Shown here piece by piece: positions 1 to 13,900 of a stretch of DNA of 64,000 nucleotides. A model generated the notes under the pieces. It worked only from the letters and a program-made list of their open reading frames with translations, did no database searches and was not told the DNA's origin. Source of the DNA: Mobula hypostoma (lineage: Eukaryota); contig NC_086097.1 in assembly GCF_963921235.1 (NCBI RefSeq), positions 171,556,001 to 171,620,000 of the forward strand, read 5' to 3'. The translations under genes were made by a program, and so were the position numbers. Each line of letters opens with the position of its first letter. Position 1 is the stretch's first letter.

Positions 1-243
1 AAGGGATAAAGGTGAAATATTTAAGTGGAACCCGAGGGGGGACTTCATCACTCAGAGAGTGTTGTGTGTGTAGAATGGGCTGTGAGCAGAAGTGGTGGAT
101 GTGAGTTCGATTGCAACATTTAAGAGAAGTTTGAATAAGTACATGGGTGGGAGTGGTATGAAGGGTCAAGGCAGAACAACAGTTCAACATGGACCAGATG
201 GGCTGAAGGGCATGTTTCCTTGCTGTAGTGCTCTATGACTCTA
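1..243 (+). mobile_element. CR1 LINE 3' end fragment
   Basis: Degenerate 'FFTQRVV..WN' coding tail followed by the 'gggctgaagggc..tgtttcc..gctgta..ctctatgactcta' 3' UTR shared with other CR1 copies in the window. Confidence 0.75.
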
Positions 244-420
244 AACAATCTGCTGGTGGAACTCTTAGGATGAGCAGCGCCTGTTGGGGGAGGGTGGAAT
301 TTTTGACATTTTCCTGCATTAGCACTCAGAGTGGGGAGCGGTTTTGCCCTAAAGTGTCAACAATTATTTTCCTTCTGCAGATATTGCTCTACCTACTGAG
401 TTAGTCCCAGCAGATTGTTT
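243..420. mobile_element. Penelope-derived palindromic short element
   Basis: Perfect 14-bp inverted repeat aaacaatctgctgg (243-256) / ccagcagattgttt (407-420) plus an inner imperfect IR; same family as 35823-36050. Confidence 0.65.
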
Positions 421-1440
421 GTTGCATTATCAAGTGGAGATGGAACTAAGGAACAGGGCAGTGGTCGGTTGAGTTAATGTGTCCAAACACGCTCTGTGGA
501 GCAGCTGTGAATAAAACAAAGACGTATCTTTGATTATGATCTGTTGAATGGTGGAAATTCAAAGCAGCAGGGGCCATTTGGACATGGGTGACAAAGTCAC
601 CTGGGGAAACTGCTGATGCGTCTCGTTCTGCGGCTCACCTTTGCAGCCCTGTATATCATACCATTTCAAATAATCAGCGGTTGTGAGGATTGACAGTGGA
701 GAAGGTGAGATGGAAGTTTTGACTCTTAGTGCATGGATATAGACCACTGATTTCCAGACAAAAGCCTCCAGACTCCTTTGATGATGCTTTCAGCTCTGTG
801 TCAGGGCTTCATCCATCTCCTAAGCCCCTGTAGAATCTCATCCATGCATAGCGCAAATATAATTATGCTGCAGAGCCCTGACTCTTGAAATCCATGCATA
901 ATTCTTGGGACCAGACAGATTAAATGTCGGCATTGAAATCACCAATTTATACAGTGATCTGTATGTAAGACAGAAACATACATGCAGAGGCTGTAACGAC
1001 ATTAAATCTAATTTCCATCAAGTGAGAGTATATTGGATTTTAAATCCTTACCAAATTATAAAAAAAGGTCTTGTCAGAAGAAGTGAGGAGCCTATAATGG
1101 AAAATGTTAATCCCTCTTCCCATTTAACCTCCTGAAAACCATGGTACTGTTTCAAATAGAAATAGGAATACAAAGCAGTTGGATTTTGATTTATTCAGAG
1201 AATATACAGTGGATACTGAGAGGGAGAACCCAATCTCTCTGATTCTGTATTAATACTGTTCTTTACTCACAGAAGGCTCTTTGAATTTTTTTTTTCTCTG
1301 TTGGACATTTTATCAATAACAAGGGCAGTGGCTTAAAAAGGACTGTGAGCACAATGTCTTTTACAGAGATATTCTGTAAAAAGGAATGGCTGTTATCCAG
1401 AAACTTCCATTCAGATTATAAAATAGGAGATACAAATGCA

Positions 1441-2017
1441 TTCAGCTTTCGTCACCCTGCCATAGAAAAGATGTTACAGAACTAGAAAGGCCGCAGAAAA
1501 AGAATTTAGAAGAATGTTGCCTGGACTTAAGGGCCTGAGTCAGAGAGAGAGGCTGTACAGGCAAGGGCATTTGTTCTTAAAGCATAAGAGAACGAAATAT
1601 CTAATGAAGATGTGTAAAATTGTGTGGGGTATAGATAAAGTGAATACACTCAGTCTTTTTCCCAGGGTTGGGGATTTAGGAACATAAGAGTAAAGGTTTA
1701 AGGTGAAAGGGAGAACATTTAATAAGACCCTGAGGAGAATTTTTTACTTGGAAGATGGTGTGTATATGGAATGAACTGTGGAAGGAAGTGGCTGAGGCTG
1801 GTGTAATGACAAGTTTTAAAAGACAAATACAGGGTTAGAAAAGTTTAGAGTAGGGGTTCCCAACCTTTTTATGCCATGGATCCCCACCATTAACCAAGGG
1901 TTCCGTGGACCCATGGTTCAGACAGATCTGGGCCAAATGCTGGCTTGGATGGACATCTTGGTAGGCTTGTATGAGTTGGATTGAAGGTCTTGTTTCTGTG
2001 CTTTATAACTATGACTC
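1441..2017 (+). mobile_element. Old CR1 3' fragment
   Basis: Degenerate homology to the RT C-terminus and 3' UTR of the younger CR1 copies. Confidence 0.7.
1851..1920. mobile_element. hAT/Charlie-type MITE fragment inserted in CR1
   Basis: Starts taggggttcccaaccttttt, resembling the TIRs of the hAT at 52007-53151; right TIR decayed. Confidence 0.5.
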
Positions 2018-2180
2018 AATATAGAAGGGATGGTGGAATGAAGGTTGCAAATTGTCATTTCCCACTGCACTTTTGATGACAGGTATTTGAGTGCTGTTAT
2101 GTTACTGGCTGTTAATTTAGTGACCTAGACTGAGAATGTGTGTTCCAGTTTAAGTGTAGTTAATTCAATAATTAAATCAC

Positions 2181-2540
2181 CTTATAGAAGTTTATAAGAT
2201 TATGTGAGGCTCAGATAGGATAGAGAATCTGAATCTTTTACCCTAGAGTAAAAATTTCAAATACTAGAAAACATGCATTTAAGGTGAGAGGAGGAGTGGT
2301 GGAGGGGTTGAGTTTAAAGGCGATATGAGATCAAAGATTCTTTTTAACACAGAGATCAGAGGGTGCCCAGGCAGCCCACTAGGGTTGTAGTGGAAGTGTA
2401 TATGATAGTGGAAGTAAAGAGGCTGGATTGGAAGGATATTGATCATGTGAATGCAGAAGTGATCTGGATTAATTTGACATTATATTCTGCACAAACATCA
2501 TGGGCTAAGGTGCCTATTCAATGCTGCATTGCTCTATGCA
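2181..2540 (+). mobile_element. Old CR1 3' fragment
   Basis: 'LIEVYKIM.G.DR' remnant plus CR1-type 3' UTR. Confidence 0.65.
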
Positions 2541-4159
2541 GTAAACTCTGGAAATCTAAAGCTAATATTAGAAATGGTGACACTAAACTATGGAATTACA
2601 TATATGGAAAATCCATCGGATTCACTAATGCATCTTTTGCGAAGGATATCTTCCTGGAGCTGGTTTCTCGAAACTGTAGCTTCATGTTGATTTTTGCACG
2701 CTGGGTGAAGTGACTCCACAAACTGATTAGAGATGAGCAATGATCGTTGGACTGTAACCGCAAGAAAATAGCAACAAAATTGAACACCCCACCTACCTCA
2801 GGCATTCTCTTTTCTCCTCCCATCAGAAAAACAGTATGCAAGACAAGGTTTCTGTTGTATCTCATGTGACAATAAACCAATTTACCAACTTGCTCATCCT
2901 ATCAGTAGATAAGGCTTTTTAAAACAATTGCTACTTAGAAAATGTGACAAACCTCTTCTTGATTGTAACTGTAACTGAAAGGTTTGATACAGGATTCCAC
3001 ATTGCTTTGAGTTTAGGAATATCTGAGGCGATCTAGCATTACCTTGCAAGGAATGAGGTATAATCATCAATAACCAAATCTAGGAGGCACAGACCCATGG
3101 GCTGATCTGCACCAGAGTTTTTAGAGATGCCTGCAATAAATGTCAGTGTTTTTTCAAAGCCTGTTTTGCTTTTAAATGCCGAAGTCCTGATGGTCATCTG
3201 AAGACCTTGGATGCCCAACTCACCCTCAGCAACCCCTGAACAGCTGCTTCTAATGTTCTCTCACCCAACTCTACAATTGTTCGAAAGAAGTCTCACGCAA
3301 GTGCACGCTGTTGATAAGAAATGCCAGTTCTCTTCATCCATTGCCCCCTACCCCCCACTCTGGTGGAGATCCAGTCTGAAGGATTGAAGGCCTGTGATGC
3401 ATTGAGATCTATTATCCTAGACCAAATTCTCCTCCCTGTAGTTCAGTCTCCCAACCTTCATCACAGTGTCCTGTATTCCAGCTTCTATGCAGACACAGTT
3501 CAAGCAGGTTTACTCTGTATTTCTCATTTCCCAGTAGATACCCATTCCTCTGGAAGCAGCAAGAAGAACAACTTGCATTCAGTATCTAAACTATGAACAA
3601 TCACAGTAAAGGTAGTGCTACTGCCTTACATTTGCAGTCACTGAAGATGTCTGAGTGTATGCTTGTGCAGAATTCCTTGGTTCGTGGCAGGGAGTGTTGC
3701 TGGTAAATTCTAGAGGATCTTGAGTTCATAAACAGAGAAACTGAGTATACAGGCAGGTTAGATATGTTAAGTCTTTACAAAACACTGGTTCGGCCATAAT
3801 TCCAACTGCAAGGGTTTCTTCTGTGTTCGCCAGTCTCCTCCCACATTCCAAAGGCCTGCTGGTTATTACTTTAAGTTACCTGTTAGGGGCAGGTGATTTT
3901 TGAATCATCAGGGAGCTCATAGGTACGTCAGATGATCTTAGGGACATCACTGATTATTTCGTTCACACCTGCTTTTTATTTATTTTCAGTTCGATCTGAT
4001 ATGCGTGTGCTTCTTATGATATTGCTCTGTTGCTACATCATGTGAAGCCTCATCTTTCAATGCCTTTGGTACAGTGACACAGCTACCAGGGTGCCTCCTG
4101 GCAGTGCCAGTAACGTAGGTTCAATCCTGTGCTTGAGTGCTGTTCATGTGGAATTTGGC

Positions 4160-4545
4160 TCACTTGTCTTCATTGGTCAGGGCATTGAGTACAGGAGTTG
4201 AGACATCATGTAGAAAATGTACAAACTGTTGTCTAGACCACAGTACTTCATTACTCCTCTTTTTCACTGCTTAGTTGTATTTTGTAACTTATGGTAACTT
4301 ACAAGAAAGATTTGGAACAGAGCTGAGGAACAATATTTTCACACAGAGGGTGGTGGGTATGTGGAATAAGCTGCCAGAAGAAGTGGTAGAGGTGGATACA
4401 ATTACAATGTTTTAAGGACACTTGGAAAGGTATATGGATTGAGGGATATGGGACAAATGCAGGCAACTGGACCTACCTCAGGTAGACATTGCCAGTGGCA
4501 TGCATGAATTGTGCCGGAAGGCCTTTATCTGCGCCCTATGAATCC
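4160..4545 (+). mobile_element. CR1 fragments
   Basis: 'FIGQGIEYRS..M' and 'FFTQRVVGMWNKLPEEVV' remnants. Confidence 0.65.
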
Positions 4546-4559
4546 TTGCACACCTTCCA

Positions 4560-4870
4560 TAAGACCATGAAATATTGGAGCAGAATTAGCCCATTTGGCC
4601 CATTGACTCTGCTCCGCCATTTCATCACGGCTGATCCATTTTCCCTCTCAGCCCCAGTCTCCTGTCTTCTCCCCACAAACCTTCATGCCCTGACTAATCA
4701 AACTCTACCTTAAATATACCCAATGACTTGGCCTCCACTGCCACCAGTGGCAAAGAATTCCACAAATTCACCACTCTCTGGCTAAAGAAATTCCTCATCT
4801 CCATTCTAAAAGGATGTCCCTCTATTCTGAGGCTGTGTCCCCTGGTCTTAGATTCCCCCACCATAGGAAA
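4560..4870 (-). mobile_element. CR1 3' fragment
   Basis: ORF 4694-4891 'FPMVGESKTRGHSLRIEGHPFRMEMRNFFSQRVVNLWNSLP'; tail cataagaccat. Confidence 0.85.
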
Positions 4871-4955
4871 TGGACAGAGAAGTTCCCACAACTGTGATTT
4901 ATCTCCAGGTGCTCAAGTTTCCTCCATTTAACGGAGATGTGCAGATTACCCGCAG

Positions 4956-5833
4956 GTTTGGGGTCTTGTGGATAGTGTGGAGGGCTGTCAGAGGTTACAG
5001 TGGGACATCTATAGGATGCAAAACTGGGCTGAGAAGTGGCAGATGGAGTTCAACCCAGACAAGTGTGAGCTGGTTCATTTTGGTAGGTCAACTATGGTGG
5101 CAGAATATGGTATTAATGGTAAGACTCTCGGCAGTGTAAAGGATCGGGGGATCTTGGGGTCCAAGTCCACAGGACACTCAAAGCTGCTGCGCAGGTTGAC
5201 TCTGTGGTTCAGAAGGCATACAGTGCATTGGCCTTCATCAATCGTGGGATTGAGTTTAAGAGCCGAAAGGTAATGTTACAGCTATATAGGACCCTGGTTA
5301 GATCCCACTTGGAGTACTGTGCTCAGTTCTGGTCGCCTCACCAGAAGTATGTGGAAACGATAGAAAGGGTGCATAGGAGACTTACAAGGATGTTGCCTGG
5401 ATTGGGGAGTATGCCTTATGAGAATAGGTTGAGTAAACTCGGCCTTTTTTCCTTGGAGCAACGGAAGATGAGAGGTGACCTGATAGAGGTGTATAAGATG
5501 ATGAAAGGCATTGATCATGTGGATTATCAAAGCCTTTTTCCCAAGGCTGAAATGGTTAACGTGAGAGGGCACAGTTTTAAGGTGCTTGGAAGCAGGGATA
5601 GAAGAGATGTCAGGAGTAAGTTTTTTACGCAGAGAGTGGTGAGTGCCGGCAACAGTGGTGGAGGCGGATATGATAGGGTCTTTTAAGAAGCTCCTGGATA
5701 GGTACATGGAGCTTGGAAAAATAAAGGGCTATGGGTAACCCTAGGTAATTTTTAAAGTAAGTACATATTTGGCACAGCATTGTGGGTCAAAGGGCCTGTA
5801 TTTTACTGTAGGTTTTCTATGTTTCTATGTTTT
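4956..5833 (+). mobile_element. 5'-truncated CR1 (RT C-terminus, frameshifted)
   Basis: 'WAEKWQMEFNPDKC', 'LYRTLVRSHLEYCAQFWSP', 'FFTQRVV'; (ttctatgt)n tail. Confidence 0.9.
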
Positions 5834-6699
5834 TATGGGTCAATTGGTGATTGTCAGTTGTTCCTCGAGTGTTGGCAAATCGTAGAAACAGGGAGAGTTA
5901 ATAAGAATGTGAGAATGAAATGGATTTAGTGTAACTTAGTGAAGACTCCAATGATTGAATGTCTTGTCTCCACATTGTACAATGTTACAGCTTCATCTTG
6001 GACTGGTTGCCATTTTTAGTCCCAATCCATCATGCACAGATCTTTCCATCTCCAATTATCTGCTAACACTGCTGCCTATTTACTTCTATGTTGAAAAATG
6101 CTGTCGATTTTTCCCTTGTGTTCCCCAAATGAGCAAAATTGCAACATCAGGTCAGAGATTATGTCAAGGGCAGTTTGCCAATCCTGATGACAGATCACCA
6201 GCCTGAAACATTAAACCTCTTTCCCTCTCTGCATTGTTTGTCTAGTATTTCCACCATCTCCTGCTTTGGTAAGGCAAGAATGTTTGTCTCTGAAAAGAGT
6301 CTAGACAGTTCAAACGAGTATTTCTCCTTCTGGGCTCAATAGGCAGGGTACAGTTGCCATAAATGCAATCAACCAGTTAGTCAAGAGCTCTCACAATGTC
6401 AGCAGATTAACCACAAATTTATTTCTCAAATGTTAGGATGGGATTGAATCTTATAAATCAATATACACATTCTCAGTGGAGAGAATCAAAAGAATGAATG
6501 CTGACAGGCAGTAATTTTTGATAAAGGATATAAGACCTCACAAGTAAAATCATCTCTTTCAGAATTGGTGATGTCTTTGTTACAATTTAAAAGCCACTGC
6601 TCTCACCAACTTGGTGATACCAGTGGATGGTGTGAGATGCCTTGCACTATTTTACATAAATTAAAGGTGTTATGTAAATATTAATGGTCATTAAATTGG

Positions 6700-7415
6700 C
6701 AAATTTGTTTATTATTGTCACATGTAATGAGGTACAGTGAAATGATCTCTGTGGTGTGCCAGCCATACAGATCATTTCATCACATCAGTGCATTGTGGTT
6801 GTACAGGGGAAAGGCAATAGAATAATGCAGAATAAAGTATTACTGTTACAGAAAAAGTGCAGTGAAGGCAAGCAATATGTTGCAAGGCCATGACAGCGTA
6901 GACTGTGAGATCAGGAATGTCAGACCTGCACATCTCCCAATCTCCACCCAATTTACAGAAGTCACCTGCCACTTGTTTCTAACTCATCACTTGCAACCTA
7001 TTTAAACACACCTCTCATCTACAGTCCTTGCTCACTCATTCTAGCCAATTTTCAGTTACTTCATTGGCCCAGCCTTCAGTTACCTTGTTGCCGTGTTGTG
7101 TTAAGTACCCATTCACTCTTGTCTTTGGACCCTCGTGGTTTGCTATTTTGCAGTTTATTATCAAAGCGATTGCTCACTGCTAAACCATCTTCAATATTCT
7201 GCGTTTGGGTCAAGACATCTTTACATTTCCTGACGGAGTCCATGTTAGTGTTCAAAAAGTATGTTCATTAGTCTTGTAGCAGTAGGATAGAGGCTGTCCT
7301 TGAGTTTAGTGGTAAATGCTTTCAGGGATTTGTATTTTGTGTGGAGTAGCAGGGAGAACATCAGAAGCATCTGGTCTGAGAGGAATTCTTATTTGGTTAG
7401 TTGTTTTATCGAGTC
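6700..7415 (-). mobile_element. Rex1/Babar-like 3' region interrupted by a putative solo LTR
   Basis: 'tttattattgtcacatgt...acagtgaaa' tail shared with many Rex1-like copies (23120, 24665, 53960). Confidence 0.55.
6911..7234 (+). mobile_element. Putative solo LTR (Gypsy-like)
   Basis: About 325-bp insert splitting the host repeat; terminal IR tcaggaatgt / acatttcctga; TATA-like tatttaaa; ctgcgtttgggtc near the 3' end; TSD unclear. Confidence 0.45.
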
Positions 7416-8379
7416 AGCAGAGTTGCTTCTGAAATTGAATCAAGCACAAATTTTGTGAAAATTAGACATGGCTAAATATACCCAAAACTTTCTGAGCTTC
7501 CGTTAGCTCCTGGGACTCTCAAATATAGGATCTAATATGTGCAGCTATTTGTTGAGAACATTTGGCTTGTGTAGCAGGGATGTTCACTGCACTAAATGAT
7601 TCCACTGCCTTGATTTTACATTCACACTGTTTCACTGTCAGGTTTTACTTATCTGCATTAATACACCTGCAGGAACATTCTGTTTTTAAAGTGAAATCTC
7701 AGCATTACATCATCACCTGACATCTGCGAAGGAAGAGCATAATACTGTTGTCATTTGTTAACAATTTAATGTAAAATGTTCTTGCTACTGTTGTGTACAT
7801 CTGAGTTAGACACAACTATAACATCCTGTAGATTCAGCACTTGCACTACCAGTAGAAGCCAAAGGAAGTGAACTTGACCAATATTTCAAAATGTATTTTA
7901 TTGGGATCTTGGCATCCTGTAAGGTCAATATTTATTGCTGAAGGACAAAGGCGTTTTGGCAAACTGGTTCCACAATTGGCTTGGAAGTGGGAGACAGTGG
8001 ATAATGTTTCTCTGACTGGAATTCTGTAATGAGTTGTGTACCTTGAGGACTGATGTTGGGAGTTTAGTTGTTTGTCATGTATGTCATTGACTTGGATGTC
8101 CTGATAGATGATGAAAGTAGCTTTCCTACTGCAGGGGCTTTCATAAGGAGGGGATATAATTTCAGAATAATGGATCAATATTTAAGACACATGAGGAGGA
8201 ATTTCTCCCCTCTGAACATCACAAACTTTTGCAATTCTCCAAACTGGAGTGCTGTGGAATATTCAGGGTTAAACCTACAGAAGGGTTAGGGATTGAAGAA
8301 GGTGGCGCTGTGACCAAGAGCAGGGTTTATTACTAATGTTATTGTCATAGTGCAATAAAAAAAAAGACATGCTTGTAGC

Positions 8380-8545
8380 AGCCAATTAGCCTATCAAAGT
8401 CAACCGACATGCCCTTGGGATGTAAAAAGAGACCCAAGTACCCACAGGTAACTGATGCAGTCAAAGGAAGAACATGTAAATGCCAGAGAAACAAGACCCA
8501 AGGTCTGCATTGAACCTGGATCTCTCGAGCTGTGAAGGGATAGCT
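8380..8545 (-). mobile_element. tRNA-derived SINE fragment (HE1-like)
   Basis: Reverse-strand homology to the SINE at 47828-48105, including B-box ggttcaatgc. Confidence 0.55.
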
Positions 8546-8627
8546 GTACAGAATGACTGCGGTAATTAGAATGGTCAGATGATACTGAGGTATCTCCTAC
8601 AGTGAAAAAATGCCCAAATCAGTCTCT

Positions 8628-8828
8628 TTCCTGTGAGGAGTTTGTATGTTCTCTTCGTGGCTGTGTGTGTTTCCTGCAGGTGCTCTGGTTTCCTCCCAGT
8701 TGTTCTGTTAATTGTTCATTGTAAATTGACCTGTGATTACGCTCGGATTAAAAACTGGGGATTAATGGGTGGCATGGCTTGAAGGGCCGGTAGGGCCTAC
8801 TCTGTGCTGTATCTCAATAAATAAATAA
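8628..8828 (+). mobile_element. SINE 3' half
   Basis: 'ggagtttgtatgttctc..gtgctctggtttcctccca..gggcctactc..(taaa)n', homologous to 47828-48105. Confidence 0.7.
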
Positions 8829-9344
8829 TTCTTGGATTATGCAGTAAGAACACATTGTTCTGAAACGTATTGCTTCTAAGAAAGCAGTTCTAAATAGCTC
8901 ACGAAATAATTAATTCCTTCCATTATTGTTAGTGTACCAACTTCTGAGGAATTTAAAGACAAAACACAACAATGGTAATTTGGGTTGAGGAAGCAGTGAT
9001 TTGATAGATACTGTAGGCAGATGGTTGGTGAAACTATTTCAACACTTGGCTTTGGTGCCCCCAATTTTGTGTTCCTGCCCCATTCCCATTAAAGCAGCGA
9101 AGCATGGAGTGCTCCCTGGTCAGAAGGGGTTTGATCCTAATCCACCTTGTTCTCTCTCAATGATCGTGATCCTCATCTCTCTACACCTCCATCAGCTCCT
9201 TTCCTTATTGAGAACACCAAAGGTTCAGTAGATTCTCTGACCCACTGAACTCTACTTTCTATGGACAATGCAAACAGTGCACAACAGACACCAGCATTTG
9301 AGTTGATCTGTTAGACTTGCTTTCCCAGGTTTAAGCTACCAACT

Positions 9345-9865
9345 GGAAGGAGTGCAGAAAAGGTCTACAGGGACATTGCCAGGATTAGAAGACCTAACTT
9401 ATTGGAAAAAGTCAATCAGGCTAAGTATTTATTCTTTGGTACATAGGAGAATGAAGGGTGGCCTTCCAGAAGTATTCAAAATTATTTGAGGAAATCCTGG
9501 ATGGCAACAGTCATTTCCTCAGGGTAGGGGAGTTCAAAACCTATGGGCATAGATTTAGAGTGAGAGTGGAAAGATTTAAAATTAACCTAAGGGGCAATAT
9601 TTTCATGCGGAGGGTGGTGTATATATGGAAATTCCTCAACACAAAATAATCTGCAGATGCTGGGGTCAAAGCAACACTCACAACACGCTGGAGGAACTCA
9701 GCAGGTCGGGCAGCATCCGTAGAAAAGATCAGTGGATGTTTCGGGCCGGAACCGTTCGTCAGGACGGAAATTCCTGATGGGTGCAGGTGCAATCATATCA
9801 TTTAAGAAGCTCTTAGATGGAGGAGCAGAGCCCAAAGGCATGTGGGCTGAACACTGGAAATTGTC
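9345..9865 (+). mobile_element. Old CR1 3' fragment
   Basis: 'GHRFRVRVERFKINLRGNIFMRRVVYIW' remnant; interrupted at 9637-9765. Confidence 0.65.
9637..9765 (-). mobile_element. Penelope-like terminal fragment with hammerhead-ribozyme core
   Basis: 129-bp insert flanked by exact 10-bp TSD ggaaattcct (9627-9636, 9766-9775); minus strand begins gtc-CTGACGA-acggttccggccc-GAAAC-atc. Confidence 0.75.
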
Positions 9866-10994
9866 TTTATGTGTTTGACTCTACACTAACTTTGAGTCAC
9901 TGGATTTCAATTAACCATTTCTACCTGGTTACCCAATTACTAGGGAAACGCAGAGTCTCTTGTACATCACTTCATGTCAACAAAAATTTATAAGCCTCAG
10001 AGAATTTAGCTGCAAAGCTAACTTCATACATTTTTAAAATGAAGATAGTATCACCCTCTTAGTCACCTAAATTTTAGAATAAATAAAGACAAATGACTGG
10101 TAGGAGAATCAATGAATGAGCGTCTTAGAGAAAGGAAAAGGCGATAGAGGAATTCTTTTCTACAGAGTTGTTTTGATTTTGAATGGAGAACCTGGCAAAA
10201 CAGAGGTAGCAGTCTCAAATTGGAACTTCAAGAGGGAAGAGAATAAAAGTATAATAGGTCAGAAAAGGGGAATGGTAAAATTGGATAAATTGGAGAACCC
10301 AGCTCTGAGAACCTAAAGGAGCTGGTGGAAATAAAATGGTTTATAATAAGAATTGAATAAAAGTGGAAACATGATAGTCACACAAACCTGATGGGCTGAA
10401 GGGCTTGATCTCAGTGCTAAGACCCAGCATGAGGAATGTGGAAAGTATTAGGGACTAAATTAGATGTGCTCCTTCAGAAACAGATTTGTCAGAGGAAATA
10501 TTTCCCCCAGGTTATGGTTGTTATATGGGAATAGTATTGATGGAAGGGATCCCATAACAAATGGAGAATAAATTGAGTCAGGAGCAGCTGGACAGGACCG
10601 TAAGACCATAAGACATAGGAGCAGAGAGAGGCCATTCAACCCATCATATTGCTCTGCCATTCAATTATGGCTAATTTACTTTCCTTTTCAACCCCATTCT
10701 ACTGTCTTCTCCCTATAACCTTTGATGTACTTTGAGTGGTGATATAAAGAAGTTCATATAAGGGTAGTAACAATCTGGAACTCTCCACCCTTAAAATTGA
10801 CTGAGATTGTATTTCAACATTGCAATTGATAGATTTTTTACAGTAATTTTAATTAAGAGTTTGGAGACAATATATAACTTTTAATAATTTATTTCTCTAC
10901 ATGGTTCACTTAGGACCTCACCGTTATCTTTTAGCACAAAGCACAGTTTGCACTTATTGCCCTTAATAAACAGAGCCGATTATTCCTTTACACC

Positions 10995-13900
10995 GTAAGA
11001 TCATAAGATATAGAAGTAGATATATTTAATTTGGCCCATTGAGTCTGCTCTGCCATTTCATCATGGCTGATCCAATTTTTCTCTCAGCCCCAATCTCTTT
11101 CCTTCTTCCCATATGCCTTCATCCCCTGACCAATCAAGAAACTATCAACCTCTACTTTCAATATACATAAAGGCTTCACCTGCACAGCTGCCATGGCAAA
11201 GAGTTCCACAAATTCACCACTCTCTGGCCAAAGGAATTCTTCCTCATTTCTGCTCTAAAAGGATATCCCTGTGTCCTCTAGTCTTAGACTCTCCCACCAT
11301 ATGAAACATCTTCTCCACATCCACTCTATCAAGGCCTTTTACCATTCGATAGGTTTCAATGAGGTCACCCCACATTCTTCTGAACTCTAGTAACTACAGA
11401 CCCAGATCCATCTTAATATGACAAGCCATTCAATCCGGGAATCATTTTTGTGAACCTCCTTGGAACCCTCACCAGTTTCAGCACAGTCTTTCTCAGATAG
11501 GGGCCCTAAACTGCTCACAATACACCAAGTGAGGCCTCATCAGTGTCAAAAATTGCATCCTTATTTTTATATTCTAGTCCTCTTGAAATGAATGCTAACA
11601 TCACACTTGCCTTCCTCATCACAGACTCAACCTGCAAATTAACCCTTAGGGAACCCTGCACAAGGACTCCCAACTCCCTTTGCACCTCAGTTTTTTGTAT
11701 TTTCTATCCATTTATAAAATACTCAACTCTTTCACTTCTTAGAAACATAGAAAACCTACAGCACAATACAGGCCCTTCGTCCCACAAAACTGTGCTGAAC
11801 ATGTCCTTACCTTAGAAGTACCTAGGCTTACATATAGCCCTCTATTTTTCTAAGCTCCATGTACCTATGCAGCAGTTTCTTAAAAGACGCTATCATTTCC
11901 ACCTCCACCACCGCCGCCGGCAGCCCATTCCACGCACTCACCACTCTCTGCGTAAAAAAACTTACCCCTGACATCTCCTGTGCACCTTCTTCCAATCACC
12001 TTAAAACTATGCCCTCTCGTGCTAGCCACCTTCTATCAAAGTGCATGACCATACACTTCCTGACATGGGATTCCAACTGCCAATTCTTTGCCCAATCTCC
12101 TAATCTAAGTCCTTCTGTACCTTCTCTGCGTCCTCAAACTATCCACCCCTCCATCTGTCTTCATATCCTCTGCAAACTTTGCAACAAAACCATCAATTCC
12201 ATCATCCAAGTCATTGACATATAATGTAAAAAGAATCAGTCCAAACACAGACCCCTGCGGAACACCTCTAGTCAGCAGTAGCCAACCAAAAAAGGCTCCC
12301 TTTATTCCCATACTTTGCCACCTCCAGTCAGCCACTGTTTTATCTATGATAGAATCTTTCCTTTAATACCATGGGCTCAGAGCCTGTTAAGCAGCCTTAC
12401 GTGTGGCACCTTGTCGAAGGCCTTCTGAAAATCTACGTGTACAACATCAACCAATTCTACTTTGTCTATCCTGCTTGTTATTTCTTCAAAGAATTCCAAT
12501 AGATTTGTCGGGCAAGATTTTCCCTTGAGGAAACCATGCTGATTACAGCCTGTTTTATCATGTGTCTTCAAGTACACTGAGACCTCATCCTTAATAATCG
12601 ACCTCAACACCTTCGCAACCACTGAGGTCAGATTAACTGGGCTACAGTTTCCTTTCTTCTGCCTCTCTCCCTTCTTGAAGAGTGGAGTGAGATTTGTAAT
12701 TCACCAGTCTTCTGAAACCATTCCAGATCTAATGATTCTTGAAAGATCATTCCTAATGCCCCCACAATCTCTTCAGCCACCTCTTTCAGAACATTGGGGT
12801 GTACACTATCTAGTCTAGATGACTTATCTATCTTCAGACCTTGCAATTTCCCAAGAACCTTCTCTCTGGTAATGGTAACTTTACATGCTTCATGATCCCT
12901 GACACTTGGAATTTCCACCATACTGCCAGTGTCTTTCGAAGTGAAGACTGACGCAAAATACTTATTCGGTTTATCCATCATTTCCTTGTCCCCCATTACT
13001 GCCTCTCCAGCATCATTTTCCAGTGGTCCAATATTCACTCATGCCTCTCTTTTACTCTTATGTATCTGAAGAAACTTTTGATAGTGTCTTTAATATTCTT
13101 GGCTAGCTTACTTTTGTATTCCATCTTTATTTTCTTAATGACCTTTTTAGCTGCCTTCTGTTCATTTCAAAAGCTTCCTAATCCTCTAACATCCCGTTAA
13201 TTTAAACTCCATTACATGCTCTCTCTTTGGCTTTTATGTCAGCTTTGACTTCTCTTATTAACCATGGTTGTGTCAGCTTGCTTTTAGAATACTTCTTCCT
13301 CTTTGGGATGAATGTATCCTGTGCCTTCCAAATTGCTTCCAGAAATTCCAGCCAATGCGACTCTGCCATCATACCTTCCAGTGTTCTTTTCCAATCAATT
13401 CTGGTCAACACCTCTCTCATGCCTTTGTAATTCCCTTTACTTCCCTGTAATCATGATATATTTGACTTTAGTCTCTCCTTCTCAAATTTCAGGGTGAATT
13501 CAATCATATTATGATCACTTGTCCAAAAGGGCTCTTTTACTTTAATCTCTCTAATCAAATCTGGTTCATTGCACAGCATCCAATCCAGAATAGCTGATCC
13601 TCTAGTGAGTTCAACCATAATTGCTCTAAAAAAAAACTATCTCATAGGCGTTCTAGAAAATCCCCCTCTTGGAATCCTGCCCCAATCTACCTGCATATTG
13701 AAATCCCCCATGAATATTGTAGCATTGCCCTTTTGGCATGCATTTTCTATCTCCTTTGTAATTTGTAGGCCACATCCTTACTACAGTTTGGTAGTCTATA
13801 TACAACTCCCATCTGGGTCTTTTTACCTTTGCAAGTCCTTAGCTCTATCCATAATGATTCAATACCTCCTAACCTAAGTGTCACCTCTTTCTTATGATTT

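Noticed and set aside
646..710. Plus-strand exon candidate (tttgcag|...aag|gtgaga)
   Set aside because: Stops in all three frames and no supporting context
2596..2790. Possible minus-strand exon (polypyrimidine tract + AG, open frame)
   Set aside because: The peptide is unrecognisable and the plus strand resembles an old SINE-like repeat (ccatcggattcactaatgcatctttt..gaaggatatct)
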